A stretch of 59,314 nucleotides of DNA, filler included, from Sluysia triapertura (GCA_046118255.1; 5 parts of 5 records of this genome joined end to end with filler, not necessarily neighbours in it); one strand, 5' to 3'; counted from the first letter of the whole stretch, positions 14,030 through 27,430 are shown. Numbers and translations: made by a program. The notes: generated from the letters alone by a model not told the origin.

Positions 14030-14311
14030 TAGTGCTAGAAATTACCAATTTATAGACTAAATTATAGACAAATTATAACAAATTATGGACTAAATATTTA
14101 TTTGTTATTAGTTAATAATTTAATTGTGCATTTGTATGTTATAAAAATTTTACTGGAAACTGATTATGTTTTTATGCATTTATAAATAAAAACTTTTAAA
14201 CGAATATAAAAGGCTGCCTTCAAGAAATAAAAGACAATGTTGGGGTAAAAGGCCTAAATAAAAACGTGCCAAGTAGTATATTGAATATATTGAAAATGAA
14301 ATTGTTAGACG

Positions 14312-14384
14312 GGGCTGATAGCTCAGTGGTAGAGCAGTCGGACTGCGCAGATGATGGTCCCGGGTTCGATCCCCGGTCAGTCCA
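14312..14384 (+). pseudogene. tRNA-Cys-derived pseudo-tRNA / SINE head
   Basis: Acceptor GGGCTGA/TCAGTCC, D arm GCTC-AGTGGTA-GAGC (A box) and T arm CCGGG-TTCGATC-CCCGG (B box) are intact and followed by TTTT. The anticodon arm GACTGCGCAGAT resembles tRNA-Cys GACTGCAGAT with a 2-nt insertion and pairs poorly. Degenerate copies at 38337 and 46768. Confidence 0.75.
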
Positions 14385-14610
14385 TTTTACGAAGTCTAAC
14401 ACAAGTGATGATCAACTCGTGTAGGTATTTGCCGACTTTGTTCTTGTGGTACTGGCTAATCATGATTGGATTGTCGCAAAATATGTCCAACTTCAGTGAT
14501 AATTGGACATTGAAGTTATCAGAGCAGATGAATTAAGCAGTGATCCGGTACTTTCGTTCCAAGATATTGATAGAAGTTCGGATTTATATGAATATAAAAA
14601 ATATTTATTA

Positions 14611-14935
14611 TATTTAAAAATTTAAGCGAATTTATAAAGAATTCATAGAAGTTAGATAAGTCTATTTATAAGTCTATTTAGTCACTTTTTATGTAGCCTA
14701 ACATAAGGTTTTTATAAAAATTTGTTTATATAATTTTTAAATAATCCATGAGTAAAAAATAATGTTAACAATTATAATCACTTATATTATTAATATATAT
14801 TTTCTATTTAAAAATTTAAGCAAATTTATAAAGAATTCGTAAAAGTTAAGATAAGTCTATCTATGAGTAATTTAGTCACTTTTTTTTTATATAGCCTTAA
14901 TATATATGTTTTTATAAAAATTTGTTTAAATAATA
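14611..14935 (+). repeat. Imperfect ~125-nt direct repeat, two copies (14611-14735, 14805-14935)
   Basis: TATTTAAAAATTTAAG(C)..AATTTATAAAGAATTC...TTTAGTCACTTTTT...TTTTTATAAAAATTTGTTTA occurs twice, ~194 nt apart, just upstream of ORF 15002. Confidence 0.8.
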
Positions 14936-15001
14936 TTACTATTTATAAGTTTTTAAAATAGTTTTAAACTTTATATATAATGGTTAGATTTATATAGTTA
15001 T

Positions 15002-15565
15002 ATGCATTCTATGCAAAGTAAATTTGAGAATTCTCTGATAGACATCATCGGGTGTCAGAAAACAGTCTCTTGCTTAGAAACTTGCGGATTTAAGAGAGTC
15101 GAAGATTTTTTTGATTTTAGTGAGGAATCCATTAAAAATGTAGAGTTGACTGTCCGAAAATTTTGCAAAGAAATACCTAGAAATCAACGAGAAATATACC
15201 TAGATGCAGAATATATAGATAATCCGGAGTTTTTCTTTATGAAGCCTATGATTAAAGAAAGATTGTTGACTATACCAAATCATATTGCTATGTTAACAAG
15301 TGTCTATCAACATTCACCAGATAATTTTAACACTAGTACCTACACTATGGCTGATAACTCTGAATCTACAAGCCACGCAAAAAATGAAAGTTCATCCCCG
15401 TCAAAGCTAAACGTGCCAGATTTAGACATTCTGGCTCCTAAATGTCGAAAGCGGAAACATCGTAATCCTAATGATAGAAAAAAGGTTCTAAAGCCACAAA
15501 AAGAAGGTTTGTTTAATTTGTATAATAAATTTTTCCGCGATTCAGAAATATGTAAATTAAAGTGA
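15002..15565 (+). CDS. Uncharacterised 187-aa ORF with a helical N-terminus and basic NLS-like stretch; possibly a DNA-transposon-associated protein or a truncated gene
   Basis: Long ORF for such AT-rich DNA, protein-like composition, KCRKRKHR..RKK cluster. No family recognised with certainty. Confidence 0.5.
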   Translation: MHSMQSKFENSLIDIIGCQKTVSCLETCGFKRVEDFFDFSEESIKNVELTVRKFCKEIPRNQREIYLDAEYIDNPEFFFMKPMIKERLLTIPNHIAMLTSVYQHSPDNFNTSTYTMADNSESTSHAKNESSSPSKLNVPDLDILAPKCRKRKHRNPNDRKKVLKPQKEGLFNLYNKFFRDSEICKLK

Positions 15566-17525
15566 TTTATATAAATAAATTCACAAGGCATTATTAAAGT
15601 TTAATACGAAAAGGTATTTAATTATCTGGATTTTATTTTTAAAAATAAAATGAATCAGTGTCTTTAGAATAGCGAGTCTGGATAGTTGATTAATAAAAAA
15701 TTTTGATTTATTTTTTGCATCTTAAATCTATAATAGCATGTAACTTATTTCTAATTTAGTAATTTCCAAAATGTAAAATATTAATAATTGGTTAAATATC
15801 CAATATTATCTAATCTCTAATAATTATTTTCACGACTAATCAGCAAATCAAAAAGCAATGATATAAAATATGAATTTACAAAACTATTTTTCATATGGTT
15901 TATTAAAACGTTTTGAATATATGGAAATTGAATTTCAAAAAAATATATATTTCAAAATATTAAAAATGCGAAATCTTTGTGCTTCTATAAGCTGAAAATA
16001 TTTCCTTAAGACTATGTTCAGGGTTTGGAGACCCATGTTTGAAAGTATTAAATCTGCAAGCTTTTCTATAGGAAGTTACTTTTGCAAATAATATTAAGGG
16101 TCTGTCTGCAGTTTAGGATTTACACTATTGTTTAGTGACGTATCTGCAGATATATGCATATATGCAATTTTCTTCAATAACTTTTATCAACTTTTAGCTC
16201 TTTCTTATGTTAATGCTAATGTATGCCTTAATTTCTTTCTTTTATCTTTTCTTATTCTCAACACTAATATTGAAATTCTAAATTATACCTTTTCTGAGGA
16301 TATTTTTATTCTTTAAATCCTTAATACATTGATCGCGTATCGAAAAACAATAAGTGCTCGAATACATGTATTCGAAAGTTTTCACTACAAGTTTAATAAC
16401 AAAAATTACAACAATAACAATTTGTACAAGTTATAATGATAGTAATAATAATAATGAATTTGTCTTAATAGGATTTTTGCCTATAATTATATTTTAGAGT
16501 ATTTTATGATTATCCTAAGCTGACCTAGATGATTATGAGTTTGAGTAAAATATTGTTACTCCGTAAAGGAACGAACTTATAATAAATAACTTACAAAATC
16601 AATATGTGATAAGACATGATCAATGTGAATTTGTCGAATACTTTCTATTTGAGAATTTGATTACGTTAATATGAACTTGGATTTGAATTGGTAAAACTAA
16701 TATAATTGCCATATCACAAAAAGCATTTGAGTGTGAATATTTACGAACTATTGTTGAAAGATTAAATTAATATTACGAATCCTTACATTTTATAGTAATC
16801 TTAAATTAAGCTGTTACAGGTTTAATTTAGCTTGACTAAAATTTTTTTAATATTAATCAAAATATTAAATTTTATATACAGCTGTTACAGCTTTTGTTTT
16901 CTAATTTATATTTTTTGCTAAAAATAATTTATTATTTAGTTTTAAGAAATGTTTTATAATTTATAATTGTTAAAACAATTTTTTAATTTATAATTTAACT
17001 TTTAATAATTATTAAAGCAATTTATTTTTTATACATGATTTTTTAAAATTATAAATATAAACAGCAAGGAGTGTTGCTTTTTGTTTTTGCATAATCCAAG
17101 AAAAATATTTTTTTAAAGCATATTTTTAAATACTCAAGATAAAATTTGGAAAGTGTTAAGACAATTCTATGTTAGATATGTTTTGCTTCTCTGAATTATC
17201 GGATTTTCTAGAATCCTACATATAAGATTTGAAACTAGTTGAACTTGTATCTGTTGCATTAGCTATAAAGTACTATGGCTCTTATTAATTTTTTGCAGGT
17301 TTCGGTTACAGTATACGACTTACGACGTACCTGTGCTAAAAATGTCGAAATTTAACGCATAATTTAACATTTAATCCTTTATCCTTCAATTTACCTTATG
17401 TACTTTAACTTATTTATTTATTTTAAAATGTGTATTTTTTGACAAAATGCGAATTCGAATTGCTATCTTATGTTAATAATGTTATAATTTACAATTAGCC
17501 AATTTAACAATAAACAATATTATTA

Positions 17526-18689
17526 TTAACTTTTATTAAAAAACGAAAGTGATACACCAACTATAGATTTTATGTTATTGTTATGATTATTAGATGCGAA
17601 ACGTTGCTTTAAATTTCGAAACAATTTTAAAAGATAATAAAATTTATTAAAATTTTTATTATAACCATTATGATAATTGGTTTTAAGAAAAATTACGTGC
17701 TTAAGGCACTTATATTTACTGAATTTACTAAAATTAATAAAACAAAAATAACATGGACATGTTATATTAAAATGTAGGCAAAAGATAATATTACTCATTC
17801 CTGGAAGTCTTAAACATGAACTAATTTTAAAATCAAACTCTTTTTGTGCTAGTCTATCTTGAGCAGAGGGATTCGTCAGACCTCCGTAACGTTTCCAGTA
17901 ATTCCAGCATATTTAACATCGTTGTTAGAGCCATCAATATGTTGTTACACATTTGATAAAATAGCTTGCTATATCTTGCCAATCCTTCCTCAAATAATTT
18001 TGCCTCTTTGACTGACCAATCTCTCACTTCATCGCGAATTGAAGCTGGAAAACCGTTAAGAGTTAGATGATTGATAGCTTCTATAGTATTATAATCTACT
18101 TTGTATAAAATATCATGCGCATAAATCATACGTCTATCTCTAAATGCTGCTAAAACTGAAGAAACTAAATTAGACTGCCTCACTACACAAGCGGCATCAG
18201 AAGCTCTTGCACATGTTACTAATGACCGACACAGAGTAATATAATTATTAATTTCGGTCTCAGTTAAATTATTTTCTTGACTACATTTCAATACTTCTCG
18301 ATTAGGCTTTATACCACTATGAAGACCTTTTTGCGGATCATGAACATATAAGCCTTCTTTGTCGTTTAAGTGAGTAACGTTAGCTTTAACTCGAATATGT
18401 GTGCCAGTACAGTTTCCAATTGTCGAGTGATAAACAATTCCCGGTGTTTCAGCATGTGTAGCTGTCGTTCATTAATACTATCTGCCAAGCCATAATCTTG
18501 TCCATTTATAGTAGATAATAAATCATGAACAGACTTATCCCGGCATCTATAAAAACAAATTGCCTTAACTTCTACTGCACCACTAGTAGTTTTATTTAAT
18601 TCTTCAATTTTACGAATTTGATAAGGAACATCAGCCGAAGATTCAAAGTAAGCGAAATCTCCAATTCGATACCTGTTGTTAGACGACAT
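17526..18689 (-). pseudogene. Intronless MTA-family (MTA1/2/3; BAH-ELM2-SANT) pseudogene
   Basis: YRIGDFAYFESSADVPYQIRKIEELNKT..HRELFITRQLE (BAH). A 1-nt frameshift near 18402 restores THIRVKANVTHLND..VHDPQK. Then NNLTETEINNY..RQSNL..RD (ELM2) and RDEVRDWSVKEAKLFEEGLARYSKLF (SANT), followed by further frameshifts and deletions. Confidence 0.85.
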
Positions 18690-20604
18690 TACCCAATAAC
18701 TATTTAATTCTTTCAGCTGTTTTCAAACTTCGTTTTTAAAAAATTTTAAATTTTCGCATATTTTTACCTTTATAAAAAAAGAGTACATTTCTGTTTTCTT
18801 TTTCTTTGTATTATTGATTTTTATAATTATGCTTCATGAATATCTGATATGAATCTGATATTGATCTTTTCAATAAAAATGCAATATGAGGTAAAGATAA
18901 GCCGTCCCACTGTTTCATGATCGCCATTATCAGTTATCATTGTTTTTTATTTTTTTTACTAATGTACCAATCTTCAAACATAACACCTTTAGGATAATTT
19001 CAAGTATTGAACAATCAGGACTCCAAATTCTACGTAATAAATGGATGTTTTCATCAATAATTGTTTTTGTTAAAAATTATCTTTTCATTAAAAAATTGTT
19101 TTTATAAAAATTAGGTTTTAATTAAAAATTATATATTAATTAAAAAATTATTAATATATTATTATATATTAATTAATAAATTATGCATTCTTTTTGTTTG
19201 AATGCATGATTACTTCCCTATTGCAATTATAATGTAGTACTATTTCTCATTATTTTTTTATATTCTTTTGTATATTATTCTTATTAAATTTAATCTCAAT
19301 TCTACAAAATTTTCAGTTTTCAAAAAATTATCGAATACAATTTTATATATTTTTGCTTTTTTTAAAAATGGCCAAACATGGAGAGTATTTCTTAGATGAG
19401 AGTATTTTTCACAATGAAAGCTAATGAGACGTTAATTTTAGTTTTCTTATGCAAGTTTAGAATAGATAATGACGTTGATAGAAATGAAACTTTTCTCAGA
19501 AATGACGTTGACATAGACGAACCATTTCTAAGAATGGAATCTGAAGGATTCTAGAGGAATTCAAAATATTATTAGAGTCATCAGTAATTTCGAAAATTGT
19601 TCTCAACCAGATAAAATGTTTTGCAAAACTGTTGTATGTTAAATAATCAAATTAAATTGCTTAATTTGCAAGGTAATTTAAAACATTATAATGAACGTTT
19701 TCAAAGTGTATTACTTACTGAATTTCCATGTTTCTTTTTTCAAAATTTTCAAGTAAAGAGTTATCGAGCAAAATGTGTAGAGTTCGTTGGACATTTGACA
19801 ACAATTGTGAAACGTGTAACCACATGTGCATCACTAAGAACATTGTGTAACGTTAAATTAATTAATCATAATAATACTCCTATGTCAATGGCAGTACTGC
19901 CTTTAAAAAATGAAACACCAAGATCAGTGAAAATTTTAAATTCGAATTTACGTGAATTAAAGACTAAAAGAGTATACTAAAATACTCTTGCAGGAAAAGA
20001 CAAGTATTTTAATGAAACAAGCTTTTGTACGGTTTATGGTGCCGGGTTATGTTTTATTTAGAGTCGTTTAAATTATTGAGCTTTAGTATAGATGCATTTG
20101 ATAGTATCGAAGAATTGGTAACTAGGTTATTCATGAGGCAAGAAAATCGCTCGGAAAATATATCAAAACCATATGTTGTGTTGTCGGAAACGTTACTGAT
20201 TGCCGATGGTTAATTTTCTATGTTGGACATTACTGTTTATTATTTTATCTATGATTCTAGTTTTATCACTATTATTTTGCCAATTCATGTAATAATATAT
20301 GTGTTGTTCTATTTATATGATTAAGGACCTTAAGTCCATTTTTAGAAAGATAATAGTTTATAAATTTAATAATGCTTATAATAAATGATTTATAATCAAA
20401 TTAATAAAGTACTAAGACACCTATTTTTCCTTTCTATAAAAACACAAATTATATTACAAATTAATTACACAAACATGAATAAATTACTATTTATAATTTC
20501 CATTGTTAGTGTATTTTTAACTACATTACATTTGACCAAATAAATTCCGTTTTAAAATTATAGGACACTTATTTAAGACACTATACAACGTATTGTACAA
20601 AATT

Positions 20605-21486
20605 AGTATTTTATTGATGTTCCTGAGTTTTCAATACTTCGACACATCTTTTGTCATCAAATTAATCAATGTATTTACACTTTATTTCAGTCTTTTCCCA
20701 GGCATCCAATACTGCGTTATTTTAACTCAGATATATTATAATGTTTTCATTGAGGTCGGGGAATCTTGCTGGTCACTATGACACTCTTATCCATCTTCAT
20801 TGAACTTATTAAGCTGAAAGATGACATTTATATTTTATAGAAGTTTGACATACGGAACTACTTTTATCTAATCATAGAACTTATCACCATTAAGAGTAAA
20901 GTTAGTTTTTCATAAATTATGGCAATCCATACCATAACTGATCACCCACCACAAATATTTCTTTTAAATCCTTTAGATGATGCCAATAATATTTATAACC
21001 ATCAGGATTATCGAAATTAAATTTCTTCTCATATGAGAATATTATCTTGGTTCAGTCTGTGTGGTTATAGTTATATCATTTCGGCAAAGTTAATTCTTGC
21101 TATTTTAATTCTTGCATCGGTTAGTGGAGGGTTAGTAAGTATTTTAATTAATTCGACCTCATCACTATTTTTTAATAATCTCAATACTAGTGTTTTACTG
21201 CATTTTATCTCTAAGTCTGATATGCGAGTTGTAGACAATGTTGTATTTTTCGCATATCTTACTTTATTAAACTCCTTTTCTACCGATCAGAAAGTTACTT
21301 AGGATGGCCCATTTGTTTCCATTGCTTTTTATAAATATCCAAAAAATTGGATATCGCATGTCTTGATCTGTTTAACTTGGCACCACTTTCCATTTTTTTG
21401 GAATATGCATCAATCTTTCCTTTTAAGCATTCACTAAGTTTAAATCCACGCGCTATTATACGGTAAATATTAATACATAAGTACAA
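20605..21486 (-). mobile_element. Decayed near-full-length Tc3-like transposase
   Basis: LNRSRHAISNFL (HTH); D*TKIIFSYEKKFNFDNPDGYKYYWHHLK (cf. WxxVIFSDEKKFNLDGPDG..YYWRDLR); SVMVW; PARFPDLN; AVLDAWEK. Many stops and frameshifts. Confidence 0.85.
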
Positions 21487-22968
21487 TGGAGGAAAGTCCT
21501 AATATAATATAATGATATAATTACAAAAAATGCCCTAAACTTTTGAAACGAAATTTAACTAAATGCAATATAGTATTTAAAAGTGTACTAAAATTGGAAA
21601 CTATAAATAAGTAATAGTTTATTCGTGTTTTATTTATTAAATTTTCTAATTTTAAGGGTTGTGATGACAAGTTAACTTTAATGTAAGTTTTTACAAATAT
21701 ATCGACTAAGCAGACATTTCATCAATGTTAATGTAATCATTACTGTACGATATCAAATATTAGAAGATAGTTTTTATACAGATTTGTAGTTTGAACAGGC
21801 GATTAAACTTTTTTAGTTCTATCGAATTAAATATTTCCAATAAAATCTAATGCATGATACTTTGGCGGATAGCATGTACATAGATAAGTTTAGTGAAATT
21901 TGTAAATTATCAGATAATTTAATCAAGATTATTACAATTTCCATTAATTGTGAATTGGAAAATATACAAATTCAAAAACAAGATGATTTTAACAATGAAA
22001 AAGTTATTTCTGCTAATAAGGAATGTGAAATACCAATTAAATAAATATCATAATTGATTGTTTAAAAGGTTGAAAGGAATGAAAATATCAAAATTTCAGA
22101 TTAAAAATCATATGAAAATAAAAAATAATGCCGCAAGCAATTTAATTAAAAAACAATTTTAATAATATCTCCTGACGATCAAACTAGAGAAAGTATTCTC
22201 AATTTTAAAGTTTTTTAAATAAATTAATAATTGTAAAACCAAATACGACAATTCATTAAATTATTTTGATTCTAATGATAATGATATTACAAATTCCATA
22301 TGAAATTGATATTGATACAATCACTTACATTAATAAAAATGCAGAAATTGATCGATTAATTAAAGTAGTGGAACTCAGACATTGTCTTTCTAAAAATGTT
22401 TATATTGCAACACAAATTAAAAATTATTGTGATGCTTTATGATTCATTAAATTATGATAGATTTCTTGCCGCAATGATCATAATTGCAGGTGAAATCAAA
22501 TGAAACAATCATAAAGAAAACTTGTCCCTATAAACAGTTACACAAGTGCATGGATTGTTTCAAAGTTCAAAATTATAACTTTAATTATACGTGAAAGTTT
22601 CAAAGTATATGGAAATTTTAAAAGAAAAAATATCTATGTTAATTTGGCATTTCATAAAAACAGCATTAATAATTTCTGTTTAACTCAAACTTGAATCAAG
22701 AATGTTAAAATACTTAATTCATTATTTTCTCTTCATAGGTGTTTAATTTAAGTAGATATTAAATTGCAAGAAATGGTTATTATAAAGAATAAAGAGAATA
22801 AAGCTTAAGAATACAAGTGAGTCCACCAACGTATTGGACTTACGAACTGAATGGCCAACCGTTGGATTTTCTAAGCGTAAGAAGTAAAATGGAGGTCACA
22901 AAACTTAATTAAATGGTCAAAACTAAGATTTAAAAAGGAATTAAATGTTATTCAAATGTCAATAATCA

Positions 22969-23068
22969 NNNNNNNNNNNNNNNNNNNNNNNNNNNNNNNN
23001 NNNNNNNNNNNNTTAATTAATTAANNNNNNNNNNNNNNNNNNNNNNNNNNNNNNNNNNNNNNNNNNNN
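22969..23068. other. Artificial contig-joining spacer
   Basis: N44-TTAATTAATTAA-N44. Confidence 0.98.
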
Positions 23069-24149
23069 TTATTATTATTAGGCATAATTAAAATTAATAT
23101 CAAATTTCACTTAAACAATGTTTAAACATTTAAATAAATAATTATTATTTCTATTTACATTACTAAAAATATGATTAGTAAAATTGTTGCAGGTTTGATT
23201 TAGAAAGTTAATAAATTAAATACAGAAATAGTAATTGTCAATTAAGTATAACAATTCTATAAATCTTAAATATAACAAGTGAAACAAACATATTTTAAAT
23301 TATTTATTGTAAATGATTTATTGTGTAATTATTTTATTGTCGTATTTAAAATATTTCTCATTTGTTAAAATATTTGTTACAGTTAACTTTTATTCATCGA
23401 TTCAGTAGTTTTAATAGTATATTAAATAAATAAATTAAATGAATTAGTTTTTAGATGAAAGTAGAAAATAAATTCTAAGTATATTTAAGTATTTCACATG
23501 TTCACGTGACTTCAATAAACTGATGATTCGAGTATATATTTAAGCTTGAATTGACCATGACGTAATACTTGTCATTTTCTATAGTAAGTTAGGTAAAACA
23601 AAAAAATAAACATTTTTATTCATTAATTAAAAGGTTTGTTTTATTAAGTATTGTCTTTGCTTCAATCCTTAAGTCATTACACAATGTTAGTTAATTAATT
23701 TTTTAATTTTTTAATTTTTTAAAATAAATAGTACCGATATCTTTTAGTAGTCATTCGTATCCAGGAGATTTAACAATGTGCCAATTGAATAAATTGTTAG
23801 AAAATTACTGAACACATTAAAAATATCATTAATAAAAGTAAAGCTAACAAATGTTTGAATAAAATTCTTCAAATGTATAATAAAATGTAGAAATTTATAC
23901 ATCATTGCTGAAATAATGCATTAAAATTAAACAATTTAAAAGTCGAAAAATGTAAAACCTACTACTATTTAATCATTTAATAACTAACATAATAATTGTT
24001 AGGAAAAAAATTATACTTCAAATAATTTAAAATAGTATAAAAAGATGATAAAGTAAAAAAGAAAAATTTCTTTAATTGAAATGAACTTTCTCAAAGGCTT
24101 TGATCAAAAATTTTTTCAAATGCGTTACAATTTTTAGTTGATATATCAA

Positions 24150-24640
24150 AAGAAGAAGAAAAAATGCTATTTTTTTAGTTCTTCCTCTGTTTTGCAATAA
24201 ATCTCTTCCGCAGCTTTTCCTTGTTGTGCAACTTATTCCCATTTCATCCAAAAAGATCAAATCGATTTCTTTTTTCAATACTAGCTTCTGATTTCAACCA
24301 AAGAAATACGTTTAAAACTATAATTAAAACTTTTTAAAAAGTTTTACTCGATTTAAAATATTTATTTTTGATGTCGTGAGTCTTATACTAGTTTCAATTG
24401 TTCGAGATGGAAATGCTTATCAGACAACATATCGTTTATTGCTTAAAAGATTTCACTTCGTATTCAATTATCTCCCTATTTGGTGAAGCTTTAGTTTCAG
24501 CACTGTATCTCGTTTCTCAAAAGGTTATCTTATTTCACAAAGACTATTTTATTTCTCAAGAAAATTTATCTTACAAAAGCTTCAGTTTATTTCACAACCA
24601 TGCTTTTATTTCGTGACAATTTTATTTTATGACTTTATTT
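24150..24640 (-). mobile_element. IS630/Tc1-superfamily transposase remnant
   Basis: DLIFLDEMGISCTTRKSCGR matches the first catalytic Asp motif (hhFhDEsGf...R..Gr). Upstream sequence is frameshifted. Confidence 0.55.
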
Positions 24641-24713
24641 TATAGCATTAGTTTCAATCTCTTCAATTTATAAGGCAGTAATTTGTGTAATAATTTGTGT
24701 TACAATTTGTTTA

Positions 24714-24860
24714 CACTCAAACCTGTTTTTATGCGGTCCCTTTTTATGCGATGTTTTATTTGTGCGTTTTTTTTGTGCGATCTCATAATTTAATTACAAT
24801 TATGAGATGGCACAAATAAAAAAAGTATAAAATAGGACCGCACAAAAACAGGTTTGAGGG
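24714..24860. mobile_element. 147-nt MITE with 26-nt TIRs and TA target-site duplication
   Basis: TA|CACTCAAACCTGTTTTTATGCGGTCC ... GGACCGCACAAAAACAGGTTTGAGGG|TA (2 mismatches). Second internal hairpin GTGCGATCTCATAATT...AATTATGAGATGGCAC. Confidence 0.88.
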
Positions 24861-26289
24861 TATTTAGATTTTACGTGAATCCCTTACGATATTAGGCTTA
24901 CTCACTTAAGGGCCAATACATAATTGGCTTATAAAATAGCTATTTGGAGGTTTATATAAAAGAATGTCATTAATCCAGCTTAAAGAGTTAATGCAATGAT
25001 GTCAGGTTTTATTTTTGTCCTTTTGCAGTGACAATTTATAATTAAATAATTTACATCAGATCTCCGAAGAGTAATCTGCAAATTTTTGATTTTATTATTA
25101 AAGTATTCTTAATTGTCGATGATTTTAGATATATTTTACGACTACGTAATTTTATATCTTACGTAAACTATGTGAATAATTTATACGAATTAACGAAATA
25201 TATTATAACAAAAAAATTTTAAGTACAGAATTAACGAATTTTAGATAGAGAACAAACGATATAATAAAAAATATACGATTTACAAAAATTATACTAATCG
25301 TAATAATTTTTTCTTAATTTATTTTAAAAAGTATTTTTCATCAACGCTTTAAACGGTTGAAATGAAAAAATATAATGGATATTTTAAGTTGAGTTTACAA
25401 CTAATAAAATTGACTAACGTGGATTTTATAAGGGAATTATAGAAATTTATCCAAGAGAATATCATTAGCGATAAATTTAAACGTATATATAAAAGTAATG
25501 TGAAAAGTATGAATGCTGCGCTCTTTTATGTTGTTTATGTTACAACATAAATTCATTAAAACAAAAGTTAATTTTAAAAGTTTTAAATATCTTTTTTAAT
25601 TTTAAAAGTGTTAGTCAATTTTATTTTCTAAGTAACATTTACAAAATAAAAATAAAATTACTTACATTAAATAGGTGATTTATAGAAACATAAACATTAT
25701 TGAAAATCCAAATTAGTGATTTAAAAATTCATTACATTAAAATCTGTGTTTTTAAAAATAGCATATAATTATAAGTCAAATGTAAATATGTGTAAAATTG
25801 ACGTATATTAACACAGACATAATAGCATTATGTGTGTATATTATTGACAAATTTAATTATGCACTAAGATTATTACACACTATTATAATCAATTACGATT
25901 AGATTAATTGACTTCGACGTAGAAATAATTTTTCATAATTAATAGAGATTTTAAATAGTAATATCAGTTAGCAAATTTGACCTTATCCTGAATCAATGGT
26001 TGCAATAGAATAATTCTTTGAATAATATCAATGTCAGGATTCAATATCGCGTTCAATTTGGTCATTTCTTTCACTTCGCTTCGCTAGTAATAATATATGT
26101 AATTGTGTAGATTTATATTATATTCCTATATCATATAAATTCAATATCACATACACATAATAATGTTCAGTTAATCGCAGTATTCATCAAAATTTAATCA
26201 TATTAAATTTACACATTAAAGTTTATCAAAACTAAATGTACACTGAAAACTACGTTTTTAAAATTTTTATCAATTTTGGTTTGCTTTAA

Positions 26290-26530
26290 ATATTAATGTT
26301 ATTAAATTTTGATTTTATATTTCTTTGTTTTTAATCATACTTTAAGATAATTTTGTTTTATTTACAGAATATTCTAAATCTTATTTTTAAAATGATTTTG
26401 ATTGAATATAATGTTCTTAAAATTTAATTTCATTTTATTTTCTATCTAATCTTAATTTAAAATGATTTTGTTTGTAAATTTTGATTTCATGTGATTTCTA
26501 TACAATTTCAATTTAAAATGGTTATTATTT
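26290..26530 (+). repeat. Degenerate ~70-nt-unit minisatellite, shared with 53120-53520
   Basis: Units like AATCTTATTTTAAAATGATTTTGATTGAATATAATGTTCTTAAAATTTAATTTCAT. Confidence 0.6.
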
Positions 26531-27406
26531 TATTAAACATATTATATTATGATCACTTTATTCTTGTATTATGAATTGTTATATTATGGATTATGTTATC
26601 GAATATTATGTTATATGTTACACATATTTATCTATGATATAAACACGAACATCCATATTTAGCGAATAAAACTTCGAAAAAGTCAATTTTCGAATAATCG
26701 GATTTAAAGGATTCCGTAGTTGGATAGTAATATGCAGATTCTCAAAGAAACAAGAAATAAAAAAAACTGCTGAAAAATCTATCTTCGAAATAATAATAGC
26801 AATCATATAGAGAAATAATTCATATTGTCGTTGAAATATTAAATAGCACTGAAATATTAAAAAAAGATAGACTTTTGTTTATTTGTTATCACCGTTGTCT
26901 TAAGTTCGAATTTCAGTTAAAATAATTTATGCAACCTAACATACGCAATTTAAAAATAAGATACATTTGTATAAATCAGAAAATATTTACTATTTTCTTA
27001 TTAATTATTCCAAATATAAGAATTGAACAAAATTGAATGTAATATACATTTACTTTGCCGAAATTCATTATCCTGCGATAATTTCTGGGTGATAATAAGT
27101 TGGAAATTCGACAAAAATTCAAAATTAAAAATGATTGACTTAAAACAGACTCAAGGAATAAGCATGCGTCGTCGATATGTAGATTAATTAAGTCCAATTT
27201 CCGATGTCTTGGCAATTATCTAAATACCACAAACAACCTTATTTTTGCTATAAAATCACGACCATTTTAAATCAAATAAAATGCTTTAAAATTATTTATA
27301 AATGTCAAAAAACATTTAAAAAGTTTATTTTACAAAAAAGAAAATATTTCAAAAAAAGAAAATTCGCTTCTAAAAATAGAAAAGAAGCTTGTAGAATGTT
27401 ATAGAA

Positions 27407-27430
27407 CAGTGGTGTCAAACATGCGGCCCG
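27407..27430 (+). mobile_element. Solo hAT (Charlie/SPIN-like) terminal sequence
   Basis: CAGTGGTGTCAAACATGCGGCCCG directly after TTATAGAA, a Charlie-type NTNTANAN target. No partner TIR found. Confidence 0.55.

Noticed and set aside
14312-14384. Functional tRNA-Arg(GCG) or tRNA-Cys
   Set aside because: The anticodon stem has two mismatches and an extra base, and degenerate dispersed copies exist.
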